From a virus (lineage: Duplodnaviria; Caudoviricetes), in the IMG/VR virus record IMGVR_UViG_3300011806_000001, positions 21,152 through 85,151 of that record: DNA of 64,000 nucleotides; one strand, written 5' to 3'. A program made the position numbers and the translations under genes. The notes under the pieces are model-generated. The model ran no database searches. It worked only from the letters and a program-made list of their open reading frames with translations, and had not been told where the DNA came from. Of the stretch, positions 1-9,224 are shown one piece after another (positions within the stretch are counted from its first letter, which is position 1; the number at the start of each line of letters is the position of its first letter).

Positions 1-2
1 AC

Positions 3-794
3 GGCAGCAGCGTGCAGATGGCGGTGCTTCTGCCCCAGGAAGTGAAAGCGCTGGGCGACAACCTCAAGCAGGCCACCCCGACGCAGCAGACCACCATGCT
101 CAGCCAGCTGCGCACGGCCACCATGGACGATGGCGTCTTCAACGCGGTGATGAAGCAGCTGGCACCCGACGAGCCGGTGATGGCCTACGCCGGCATGCTG
201 GCCACCCGCGAGCGCGCGGCGGTAACGCTGCAAAAGCACTGGTTCAAGGACAACGCCACCGTGGGTGCGCGGGATGTGGCGGCGACCATGTTGGAAGGCA
301 ACCGCCTGCTGCAAGGCAAGGGCGACAACAAGTTCCCGCTGCCGCCGGAGCGGGAGTTCCGCGACATGTTCACCAGCCAGACCGGTGCGCTGTTCGCTGG
401 CCGCCCTGGTGCGGCAGACGTGGCCATGCAGGCGGTGCGCGCGTACTACACCGGCCAATCGGCCACCGAGGGCGACCACTCGGGCGAGGTGGACACCAAG
501 CGCATGAAGCAGGCGATCAACGCCTCTCTCGGCGAAGTGGTGGATATCAACGGCCGCGGCGAGGTGCTGGCGCCCTGGGGTATGGCCTCGGACGACTTCG
601 AGGACCAGGCCGAAGCGGCCTTTGTCACTGCAGCGAAGTCTGCCGGCTTGCCCGAGACGGTGGCCAGCAGCTTCAGGCAGTACGGCCTGCGGCAGAAGAG
701 CGAGCGCACGTTCTACGTGGTGCGCGGGCGCGAGTTCCTGTCGGGCAAGGACGGGCAGCCGGTCACCATCACCATCACCGGGAGCGGCCGATGA
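3..794 (+). CDS. Internal virion/DNA-ejection protein, C-terminal part (starts before the window)
   Basis: Open frame from the window edge; Ala-rich and helical; coupled (ATGA) to the next ejection gene. Confidence 0.65.
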   Translation, partial: GSSVQMAVLLPQEVKALGDNLKQATPTQQTTMLSQLRTATMDDGVFNAVMKQLAPDEPVMAYAGMLATRERAAVTLQKHWFKDNATVGARDVAATMLEGNRLLQGKGDNKFPLPPEREFRDMFTSQTGALFAGRPGAADVAMQAVRAYYTGQSATEGDHSGEVDTKRMKQAINASLGEVVDINGRGEVLAPWGMASDDFEDQAEAAFVTAAKSAGLPETVASSFRQYGLRQKSERTFYVVRGREFLSGKDGQPVTITITGSGR

Positions 795-3382
795 GCATCT
801 TCGAACTGGACGAACAGGGCCGGAAGCAGCTGGACGAACAGGCCGCGCTGCGCCCCCTGGACCTGTCCACGGTGAAGCCGGGATTCTTCGATGGCCTGGG
901 CAGCGCGGTCGGCAGCGGCATCATGCGCGGCGGCGCTCGTGCGGGTACGGCGGCATTGGTGGCCGGTGCGGTGCCAGTCATGGGCCGCGACCAGTACCTG
1001 TCGTCCTTCGCGACTGACGACGTGGTCGACTTCCTGCAGGCGAACGGCGTTGCGGCACCAGCACGCGGCGCGGTCACCACGGGGCAGGATGCCTACTTCG
1101 AGAACGTGGTTGAGGACGTTGGCCAGCGGGCTGTCGATGCCTGGACGCCAGACCCGACGCAGACCGGCACCGCCGGGCGGGTGCTGGGCGGGCTGGCCGA
1201 GATCGTGCTGCCGCTGGCTGCTGGCGGCGGCAATCCCTCGCTGCTGGCTGCCACCGAAGGCCTCGAGCGGCCGGCCAGCCTGGTGAAGCAGGGCGTAGAC
1301 GCCAAGACCGCCACGGCGGTGGGCACCGTCGGTGCTGCCGGCACGCTGCTGGGGTTCAAGCTGCCGGCCGCGTTCGGCACCACGCTGACGCAGCGGCTGG
1401 CCACCGGTGCTGCCGGCAACTTGGTGCTGGGCGCGGGTACGTCTGGCATCCAGTACGCCGCCCTCAAGAGCGCCGGCAACGATGCACAGGCGGCGATGTT
1501 CGATCCCACGGACGCGGAGGCGCGCACGGTTGACCTGCTCACCGGCCTGGCCTTCGGCGGCCTGGCACATGCGATGGCGCCACGGGTGCCGCTGGCGCAG
1601 CGAGATGCGGTACTGACCGCCCGCAACGCCGACAAGTTCCAGCGTGCCGCCACTGATGGTCTGGTGCCCAGCGAAAGCGCGAACGTCAGTGGCCAGCAGG
1701 CGCTGCAGGACGCCATGGATCAGCTCGCACGAGGCGAACAGGTCAACGTCGCCGACACCATCAAGCCCTCGGAGTTCCTGCTCCCCGTTGAAGCCACCCC
1801 CACACCGGCCGCAGTGCCGGTTTCGTCCTATTCGGCCTTCCGTCACGCGCTCGAGTCGGGTGGCCGCGCTGACGCGCGGAACCCTGAGTCCAGTGCGTTC
1901 GGCGTTGACCAGTTCACCGAGGGCACCTGGCGCCGTATCGTGGCCAAGTCGCAGCCGGCCTGGGCCGAAGGGATGACCGATGCCCAGCTGCTGGCAGCCC
2001 GAGGCAATCCGACCCGATCGGCAGAAATGGTCGCCGCGCTGGACGCGGAGAACGCCGCAGGCTTGGAAGCGGCTGGCCTGCCGGTGGATACCCACACCCT
2101 GTATGCCGCGCACCACTTCGGCATCAACAGCGGGAAGCGCTTCGCCCGATCCGATGACGCCACCCCGATCGAGCGGATCATCACCCGCGAGCAGCTGGCG
2201 GCCAATCAGTACCTGGCGGGCATGACCAAGGCAGACGTAATCGCCAACTGGAACAGCCGCGCCAAGCGCGCAGGTGTACTGCCTGACGGCGGGCCGGTGG
2301 ACACGAATCCGGCCGGGCAGGCGCTACGTCGGCGACTGGTCGACGACCCGGAGCAGATCGCTCGGGACTATGCCGCCCTGGACGAGTCCGACGGCGGGCG
2401 CATCCTCAACACCGACACCGCCCGCGAGCTGTCGCCGGAATACCTTGCCGACCGCACCCGCAGCGCGGACGTGCACGAGGCGGCCAGCGACACGGTAAAG
2501 CTGCTGTACGAGCAGAAGCTGGCCCAGCCGACGCCGGCCGGCATGGACAACACGGTCCTGTTCACCGCTGGCGGCACCGGGGCAGGCAAGACCACCGGCA
2601 TGCGCGCCATGGGCGATGCCATCGGCCGACCGGAGATCGTCTACGACACCAACATGAACACCCTGTCCTCGGCCGTGGACAAGATCGAGAAGGCGCTCGC
2701 CGCTGGCCGGAACGTGGATATCGTGTACGTCTACCGCGATCCGGTGGAGGCCCTGACCGGCGGCGCCATCCCGCGCGCGCAGCGCCAGGCCGAGAAGTTC
2801 GGGACGGGCCGCACCGTCCCTCTGGCCGAGCACGCCAAGACCCACGTGGGCGTGCGCCCCACCATGGAAGCGATCGCCGCCCGGTATGCCGATGACCCCC
2901 GCGTGCAGGTGTCGGCCGTGGACAACAGCCGCGGCAAGAACAAGCAGCAGGTGGTCGACCTTGCGACCCTTCCACGTGTAGAGGAAACTACTATCCATGA
3001 ACGCCTCCAAGCAGCCCTCGAAGAAGCCCGAGCCGGCGGCCTCGCCGAAAACCTCTACCGAGGGTTCGGCGGACCTGGACAAGGCGCACGACCAGCGCTG
3101 GCAGGAAATCGGGGCGGAAATCAGCGCCCAGGCCAAGGCCCGTCGGGCAAATCTGGCAAAGCGGGCCAAGTAAGCCCCGCAGAGTCACCCGTCACCGCCG
3201 CGCGTCAGCTGGCGGTAGAACACCCTGATGCCTCAATCGTTGTCGGCGCTGATGCCGACGGCAACGCCGTGCACCGCAGCCTGAGCGACGAGCTCGCCGA
3301 TATCGATGCGGAACTGCTGCGTGCCACCACCGACTCGACCGCCTATCAGGCCGCGGTCAACTGCCTGCTCCGGAGGGGATGA
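791..3382 (+). CDS. Multidomain ejection protein: hydrophobic N-terminus + lytic transglycosylase + zeta-toxin-like P-loop kinase
   Basis: SLT-like ALESGG..ARNPESSAFGVDQFTEGTW and LYAAHHFG; Walker A AGGTGAGKTT; zeta-like IVYDTN, YVYRDP and GRTVP. Confidence 0.8.
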   Translation: MSIFELDEQGRKQLDEQAALRPLDLSTVKPGFFDGLGSAVGSGIMRGGARAGTAALVAGAVPVMGRDQYLSSFATDDVVDFLQANGVAAPARGAVTTGQDAYFENVVEDVGQRAVDAWTPDPTQTGTAGRVLGGLAEIVLPLAAGGGNPSLLAATEGLERPASLVKQGVDAKTATAVGTVGAAGTLLGFKLPAAFGTTLTQRLATGAAGNLVLGAGTSGIQYAALKSAGNDAQAAMFDPTDAEARTVDLLTGLAFGGLAHAMAPRVPLAQRDAVLTARNADKFQRAATDGLVPSESANVSGQQALQDAMDQLARGEQVNVADTIKPSEFLLPVEATPTPAAVPVSSYSAFRHALESGGRADARNPESSAFGVDQFTEGTWRRIVAKSQPAWAEGMTDAQLLAARGNPTRSAEMVAALDAENAAGLEAAGLPVDTHTLYAAHHFGINSGKRFARSDDATPIERIITREQLAANQYLAGMTKADVIANWNSRAKRAGVLPDGGPVDTNPAGQALRRRLVDDPEQIARDYAALDESDGGRILNTDTARELSPEYLADRTRSADVHEAASDTVKLLYEQKLAQPTPAGMDNTVLFTAGGTGAGKTTGMRAMGDAIGRPEIVYDTNMNTLSSAVDKIEKALAAGRNVDIVYVYRDPVEALTGGAIPRAQRQAEKFGTGRTVPLAEHAKTHVGVRPTMEAIAARYADDPRVQVSAVDNSRGKNKQQVVDLATLPRVEETTIHERLQAALEEARAGGLAENLYRGFGGPGQGARPALAGNRGGNQRPGQGPSGKSGKAGQVSPAESPVTAARQLAVEHPDASIVVGADADGNAVHRSLSDELADIDAELLRATTDSTAYQAAVNCLLRRG

Positions 3383-5832
3383 TGAATCCTGCATGCGTTC
3401 AAGAGGTGGCCGCCGCGATCGGCCGCGAACCCACCGCCGCCGATGTGGCCCGCGTAGAAGCCGACCTTTCCCGGCACATGCGCCAACTCGCGCGCACCGA
3501 GGGCGACTGGCGGGGCCTGTCCCACGAGCAGCGCCTGCAGCGTGCCGCCGAGGCAGCCCAGGCTGACGCCGTAGCCGCCGCAGAGAAGCAGGCAGCGCGC
3601 CGGGCGTCCCGACTGGTGGCACAGGTGCGGGAAACCCAGCGCATGGGCGAGCGGGCCGCACAGCTCGCTGAGCAGGGCGCCAAGAATCCGCACCACTCTG
3701 CGCTGTTCGAGCGGATGCGCCAGGCGGACGACTACGTGTCGGGCGTGCGCAACGAGTACCTGTCCGAGCTGGTCGACGCTGTCCATGCGGTCGAGCCCCG
3801 GTTCTTCGGGCTGATGCACGATCCGCAGTCCGTGCGCGAGTTCGCGCGCGCCGTGGTCGACGGAGACACCGCCAATCCGGTGATGACCAAGGCGGCGAAC
3901 ACCTACATCGCCGCGCTCGAGGACATGCGCCAGCGGTCCAACGCGGCCGGTACCGACATTGGCCAGCTCGACTACGGCTACCTGCCGCAACCGCACGACG
4001 TCGGCCGGATAGCCCGGGCCGGCAAGCAGGCATGGGTGGATTACACCTTCCCGCGCCTGCGCCGGGAGCGCTACGTGGCCGAGGACGGCTCGCCGATGGG
4101 CGATGCGGAGGTGCTGGACGTCCTGCGCAGCGCCTACGACACCATCTCGACCGAGGGCCGCAACAAGCGCGTGCCGGGCGCGACGACCGGGCAGGGTTCC
4201 CGCGCCACCCGCTTCGACGATGCGCACCGTGTGCTGCACTTCAAGGACGCCGATGCGCATCTGGACTACCTGGCCGAGTTCGGCCGCGGCTCGATGATGG
4301 ACGCCGTGCTCGGCCACGTGGGCGGTATGGCCAAGAACATTGGCCTGATGGAAGAGTTCGGCGCCAACCCCAACTCAACGTATCGCCTGCTCAAGGACAC
4401 GGCCGAGAAGCTGGACAACGTCGCCGGCGCTCGGGCGGCCTGGCATGAGTTCGCCACCCTCGATATGACGTGGGACACGCTCACCGGCGTCACCGCGCAG
4501 CCGGTCAGCGCCAAGATGGCCCAGTTCGCGCAGGGCGTGCGCAACTTCACCACCGCGGCAAAGCTGCAGAGCGTGATGCTGTCCTCGGTCACCGACGCGC
4601 CGCTGCAGGTGCTGGTGGCGCGGTCGTCGGGTATCCCGATGGGCGAGTCGATGAAGTCGCTGTTCCGTGGGTTCGGCAAGGACGCCAAGGCACAGGCGCA
4701 TGACCTGGCCATCGGGATGGACGAGATCGCCGGCGAGATGGCGCGCTGGCACCAGGACAACCTCGCGCAGGGCTGGACCAGCAAGATCGCCAACTCGACG
4801 ATGAAGCTCACGCTGGTGGAGGCCTGGACCAACAGCTTGCGCCGCGGCTACGCGCTGACGCTGTCCCGCGCGCTCGAGCGCCAGCGCCATACGGCTTGGG
4901 GTGCGCTGGACGAGGGCAGCCGCCGCCGGCTGGATTCGGCCGGTGTCACCAAGCAGGATTGGGCCATCTGGCAGAAGGCCCAGGCGCAGGACGGCATGCT
5001 CACCAAGGACGGGATCCGGGCCGTGGACGCCAACGATGCCGATATCAATCGCGCGACGGCTCGCCTGCTGGGCTATCTGGACAGCGAGGCCCGCACCGCG
5101 ATCCTGGCCCCCGACCTGACCACCCGGGCCAGCCTGCAGCAGGGCACCAAGTCCGGCACGGTCGGCGGCGAGGCGCTGCGATCGCTGATGCTGTTCAAGT
5201 CCTTCCCCATGGCGATCGTCGACAAGCACCTGCGCCGGCTGCGCAACATCCCGACCACGCAGGGCAAGGTGGCCTACAGCGCGGCGATGCTGACCAGCCT
5301 GCAGCTGTTCGGTGCCGTGGCCCTGCAGCTGAAAGACCTGCGCGACGGTAAAGACCCGCGCGACATGACGGATAGCAAGTTCTGGCTGGCTGCGGCTGCG
5401 CAGGGCGGTGGCATGGGCATCTTCGGCGACATTCTCTACACCGGCATGGGCGGCGAAGCGCGCGGTGGCCAGTCTAACTGGACCTCGCTGCTCGGCCCTG
5501 TCTTCGGCACCGTGATGGATGGATTCAACATCGCGCGCAAGGGTGCGGGCTGGGCGATCGCCGAAGAGGGCAAGGCCGATGAAGCGCGGGCCAGCGTGGG
5601 CGCCGAGGCGCTGCGGTTTGCCAAGGGGAACACCCCCTTCATCAACCTGTGGTATCTGCGCGGCGCCACCGACCACATGGTGTTCCACGACCTGCAGGAG
5701 CAGCTGAGTCCGGGTTACCTGCGGCGGATGCGCCGGCGCGCGCAGAAGGAATGGAACCAGGACTACTGGTGGGAGCCGGGCGAGGCGGTGCCCGACCGAG
5801 CACCCAACATCGCAGCAGCGGCAGGAGAGTGA
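3379..5832 (+). CDS. Large internal virion/DNA-ejection protein (817 aa)
   Basis: Size, helical composition and position as last of the ejection cluster in podovirus gene order. Confidence 0.7.
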   Translation: MMNPACVQEVAAAIGREPTAADVARVEADLSRHMRQLARTEGDWRGLSHEQRLQRAAEAAQADAVAAAEKQAARRASRLVAQVRETQRMGERAAQLAEQGAKNPHHSALFERMRQADDYVSGVRNEYLSELVDAVHAVEPRFFGLMHDPQSVREFARAVVDGDTANPVMTKAANTYIAALEDMRQRSNAAGTDIGQLDYGYLPQPHDVGRIARAGKQAWVDYTFPRLRRERYVAEDGSPMGDAEVLDVLRSAYDTISTEGRNKRVPGATTGQGSRATRFDDAHRVLHFKDADAHLDYLAEFGRGSMMDAVLGHVGGMAKNIGLMEEFGANPNSTYRLLKDTAEKLDNVAGARAAWHEFATLDMTWDTLTGVTAQPVSAKMAQFAQGVRNFTTAAKLQSVMLSSVTDAPLQVLVARSSGIPMGESMKSLFRGFGKDAKAQAHDLAIGMDEIAGEMARWHQDNLAQGWTSKIANSTMKLTLVEAWTNSLRRGYALTLSRALERQRHTAWGALDEGSRRRLDSAGVTKQDWAIWQKAQAQDGMLTKDGIRAVDANDADINRATARLLGYLDSEARTAILAPDLTTRASLQQGTKSGTVGGEALRSLMLFKSFPMAIVDKHLRRLRNIPTTQGKVAYSAAMLTSLQLFGAVALQLKDLRDGKDPRDMTDSKFWLAAAAQGGGMGIFGDILYTGMGGEARGGQSNWTSLLGPVFGTVMDGFNIARKGAGWAIAEEGKADEARASVGAEALRFAKGNTPFINLWYLRGATDHMVFHDLQEQLSPGYLRRMRRRAQKEWNQDYWWEPGEAVPDRAPNIAAAAGE

Positions 5833-5833
5833 C

Positions 5834-6229
5834 ATGCGCGAAGACCAATACGTGCGGATGCAGGCCCTGAGCGAGAAGCTGGCCGAGGCCTTTATCGAGG
5901 AAGCCGACCCGGCCACCTGGAGTGGCGCCGGCAAGGCGCCCAACGAGATGGACAAGACCGAGCGCGGCGACCGCTACTGGTGCAAGCGCAACGCGGCGGC
6001 CACTGGCGGGCTGCTACTGCGCGTCGGCTCGCTGGTGTCCATGATCCAGCGCGACAGCGGCGGGAATGGCGGGGCCGGAGAAGTCACCCCCGAGGGCGAC
6101 GAAACCGGCGAAGGGCTGCTGGAGGACGAGGTGACCGCGGCCGAGAAGGAAGGTGCGAAGCTGCTGGACCAGGTGCTGAAGCAGCAGCGCCGCACGGCTG
6201 AGGTGGCGAAACTCCATGGCAAGCCGTGA
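5834..6229 (+). CDS. Terminase small subunit (putative)
   Basis: 131-aa acidic protein immediately upstream of and overlapping terL. Confidence 0.6.
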   Translation: MREDQYVRMQALSEKLAEAFIEEADPATWSGAGKAPNEMDKTERGDRYWCKRNAAATGGLLLRVGSLVSMIQRDSGGNGGAGEVTPEGDETGEGLLEDEVTAAEKEGAKLLDQVLKQQRRTAEVAKLHGKP

Positions 6230-7862
6230 CGTATCGTTCCTGACGTTCTTCATGATGTGGGCACGGCTCCAGGGGTGGACCGTGCCCCTGCTGCATGTGC
6301 GCATCTGCGTGTGGCTGGAAACCTGCGCCGACCCCGAGCGGGTGCTGATGGTGTTCCGAGGCGCGGCAAAGTCGACCATCTACGCCGTGTACAAGGCCTG
6401 GCGGCTGTACCGGAACCGAGCCCATCGATCGCTGGTGTGGTCGGCGGACAACGACACGGCCGGCATGCTCACGGCCGACACCATCAACGTGCTGCGCAAC
6501 CACCCGCTGTGCATCGGCATGCTGCCGCGCAAGCCCGGCGCCAAGCGGTTCTCTGTGCTGGGATCGCGGGACGCACGTAACGCCAGCATGCGCGCGGTGG
6601 GCGTGACCTCGAATGCCACCGGCGCCCGCGCCGACGATGTGGACTTCGACGATATCGAGGTGCCCGGCAACATCGAGACGCCCGAAGCCAGGCTGAAACT
6701 GCGGCAGCGCATCAGCGAGTCAACCCACATTGCCGTGCCAGGCGCGCAGAAGACGTTCATCGGCACGCCGCACACCCACGACAGCATCTACCCCGAGCGC
6801 ATCGCGGCCGGCGCGGCCACGCTGATCATCCCGCTGTTCGCCCACGCGACCAGGTACAAGCAGACCGCCAGCCGGACCCGGTACCCAATCAAGTTCGAGC
6901 CGGACGACGACGGGCTGTATGTGATCGTCGGTATCCACAAGTTCGCGCGCGTGCTGGAAGAGGGCACCGACTACCGCGTCGAAGCCGGGGAGATCGTGTT
7001 CTCCAAGCCGCCCGGTGCCGTGCTGGATATCTACAGCGGCTGCGCCTGGCCCGAGCGGTTCAACCGAAACGAAATCGGGATTCGCCGCAAGGAAACCCGC
7101 ACCCTCAACGCCTGGGACAGCCAGTACATGCTCGAAGCCAAGCCCATCGAAGAGATCCGGCTGGACCCGGAGAAGATCGTCCCCTACGACGTGGAGGCCA
7201 CGATCCGGAAGGCCAACGGCGCTGTGGCCATGTTCCTGGGCGGCGTGCAGATCGCCATGGCTGCGGTGCGATGGGATCCCGCCAGCGGCAAACTCAACTC
7301 CGACGTGTCTGCTGTGGCGGTGGTGCTGCAGGATCTACTGGGCCGGCGATACCTGCACCGCATGGTGCAGCTGACCGGGGAGCTGGCCGAGTTCGATGAC
7401 AGCGGAAAGCGCGTCATCGGTGGCCAGGTCTGGCAGCTGTGCGACCTGGTGGAAGAGCTGAACCTGCCGCGCATCGTCGTGGAAACCAACGGCATCGGCA
7501 CGTTCGCGCCTGCGGTGCTGAAAGCCGCACTCAAGCAGCGGCGGCTGCTCGGTGTCGGCGTCGGCGTGGAACAGGCGGTGGCCAACAAAAGCCGCCGCAT
7601 CCTCGAGGCGTGGGAACCGCTGCTGACCAGCCACGGCCAGCTGTGGGCGCACATGAGCGTGCTGCGCGGCCCGCTATGGGATCAGATGAAAGACTGGATC
7701 CCGACCGCTCCCAACCAGAAGGACGACTACCTCGATGCCGGCGCGGGCGCGCTGAGCGATACGCCTGAACGGATCATCCAAATAGTCGGGAACCCGAACG
7801 CCTCGCCCCGCGACGATTGGCGCCACAGCGCGGGGGAGCACGAGGTCGTATTCGAGCGCTGA
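6216..7862 (+). CDS. terL: Terminase large subunit
   Basis: Walker A VFRGAAKST, Walker B VDFDDIE, FIGTP motif III, WPERF, RNase H-like WDPA...D and KDDYLDA. Confidence 0.9.
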   Translation: MASRDVSFLTFFMMWARLQGWTVPLLHVRICVWLETCADPERVLMVFRGAAKSTIYAVYKAWRLYRNRAHRSLVWSADNDTAGMLTADTINVLRNHPLCIGMLPRKPGAKRFSVLGSRDARNASMRAVGVTSNATGARADDVDFDDIEVPGNIETPEARLKLRQRISESTHIAVPGAQKTFIGTPHTHDSIYPERIAAGAATLIIPLFAHATRYKQTASRTRYPIKFEPDDDGLYVIVGIHKFARVLEEGTDYRVEAGEIVFSKPPGAVLDIYSGCAWPERFNRNEIGIRRKETRTLNAWDSQYMLEAKPIEEIRLDPEKIVPYDVEATIRKANGAVAMFLGGVQIAMAAVRWDPASGKLNSDVSAVAVVLQDLLGRRYLHRMVQLTGELAEFDDSGKRVIGGQVWQLCDLVEELNLPRIVVETNGIGTFAPAVLKAALKQRRLLGVGVGVEQAVANKSRRILEAWEPLLTSHGQLWAHMSVLRGPLWDQMKDWIPTAPNQKDDYLDAGAGALSDTPERIIQIVGNPNASPRDDWRHSAGEHEVVFER

Positions 7863-7885
7863 ACGCCAACCCGTTCGGAGCATCG

Positions 7886-8134
7886 ATGAAAGAGCAGATC
7901 ACCAAGGACCTGGCCGAGTCAGCCGCCAAGATTGCCCCGGCGGCTGGCGTGACGGTCGGGACGTACACGCCGGGCTACACGCTCAGCGATGTGGCAGTTA
8001 TCTGCACCATCCTGTTCACCCTGATCCAGACCTTCACGGTGGTGGTGAAGAACTGGGGGGACTGGAGCGCCTGGTGGTCCGCCCGCTGGGCCACCGCGCG
8101 CCGCTTCGCTGCCTGGGTGCGCCGCCGTGGCTGA
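7886..8134 (+). CDS. Holin (pinholin-like)
   Basis: 82 aa with a TM helix and basic C-terminus, directly upstream of the endolysin. Confidence 0.65.
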   Translation: MKEQITKDLAESAAKIAPAAGVTVGTYTPGYTLSDVAVICTILFTLIQTFTVVVKNWGDWSAWWSARWATARRFAAWVRRRG

Positions 8135-8666
8135 GGACACTTCCAAGGGCAAGAAGGTGGGCTTCGCTGCCGCGCCGATCGCGCTGGTGCTGGCCCTGGT
8201 CGCCGCCCTCGGCCAGAACGATTCCGCGCACGAGGGCCGCAAGTTCGTCCCCTACCGTGACTCGGCCGGTATCTGGACCGTCTGCGCCGGCATCACCGGT
8301 AAGGCCGTGGTGCCCGGCAAGCGCTACAGCGTGCCAGAGTGCCACCAGCTGGAAACCAGCTACGTGCAGTCGATGCTGCAGAACATGGGCCGCTGCGTGC
8401 GCGGCGAGTACCAGTTCCACGAGATCAAGGCCTGGGGCCACTTCGCCTACAACGTGGGCAACACCGCCTTCTGCAACAGCACCGCGGCCAAGCGCCTTAA
8501 CGCGGGCGAGCGTACCGCGGCGTGCGACGAGATGTGGAAGTGGCGATTCGTGACCATCGATGGGGTCAAGCGCGATTGCGCGCTGCCCCAATGGCGCTCG
8601 AAGTGCGGCGGCATCATCGACCGCCGGCAGTGGGAAATGGCTACCTGCAGAGGGACGCTCCAATGA
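8127..8666 (+). CDS. SAR endolysin (GH24 lysozyme)
   Basis: Ala-rich N-terminal hydrophobic segment followed by the E-x8-D-x5-T triad (HEGRKFVPYRDSAGIWTVCAG). Confidence 0.85.
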   Translation: MAEDTSKGKKVGFAAAPIALVLALVAALGQNDSAHEGRKFVPYRDSAGIWTVCAGITGKAVVPGKRYSVPECHQLETSYVQSMLQNMGRCVRGEYQFHEIKAWGHFAYNVGNTAFCNSTAAKRLNAGERTAACDEMWKWRFVTIDGVKRDCALPQWRSKCGGIIDRRQWEMATCRGTLQ

Positions 8667-9049
8667 TAGTGCTGACCCCGAAACAGTCCGTCCAGCTTGC
8701 ACTGGTGGTGGTGCTGGCCTCGATCGGGGGCTGCTACTACTTCAAAGGCCGCGACGATGCGTCGACGGCCGCTCAGAACGCCACCCTCCGGGCCGAAGCC
8801 CGGGCCACCGCAGACAGCGTCCAGATCAGCAGCGCTACCGCTGCTGCGATCGACGTGGAATCCCACGACACCCGTACACGCACCGCTGCCGCGGTGGAGG
8901 CCATCAATGCGACTCCTGCTCACTCTGATCCTGCTGCTACTGCTGACGTCCTGCGCCTGGCTCGGGAAGCGCACGACCGCGCGATACGTGCCGCCTGCAG
9001 GGTGCAGCGAACGAGCGATTGCCCTGCGGCCGCCGGCTCCGCCGAATGA
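8663..9049 (+). CDS. i-spanin (Rz-like)
   Basis: N-terminal TM helix then Ala-rich helix; follows the endolysin. Confidence 0.75.
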   Translation: MIVLTPKQSVQLALVVVLASIGGCYYFKGRDDASTAAQNATLRAEARATADSVQISSATAAAIDVESHDTRTRTAAAVEAINATPAHSDPAATADVLRLAREAHDRAIRAACRVQRTSDCPAAAGSAE

Positions 9050-9164
9050 CCGTGATTGGGTGAAGTGGTCTGCGGCCTACGTGGGTGCCGCCGGCGCCTA
9101 CGAGGACAGCGAGAACAAGCGCGCGGCCACCGCCGACTGCCTGGACCAGCACCGGGGGAAATAG
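8907..9164 (+). CDS. o-spanin (Rz1-like lipoprotein)
   Basis: MRLLLTLILLLLLTSC lipobox; overlaps the i-spanin in another frame. Confidence 0.8.
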   Translation: MRLLLTLILLLLLTSCAWLGKRTTARYVPPAGCSERAIALRPPAPPNDRDWVKWSAAYVGAAGAYEDSENKRAATADCLDQHRGK

Positions 9165-9224
9165 TCGGGAACCCGAGCCCCCTCCGGGCCGACCATCTGC
9201 GGCAGTCCCCAGCAGGTCGCGCGC

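Noticed and set aside
713-5955. Long antisense ORFs (e.g. 713-2116, 3346-4317, 4375-5955; likewise 27084-28070, 31156-32553, 47182-48690)
   Set aside because: They shadow well-supported genes on the other strand, as expected from high-GC codon bias; no motifs or RBS
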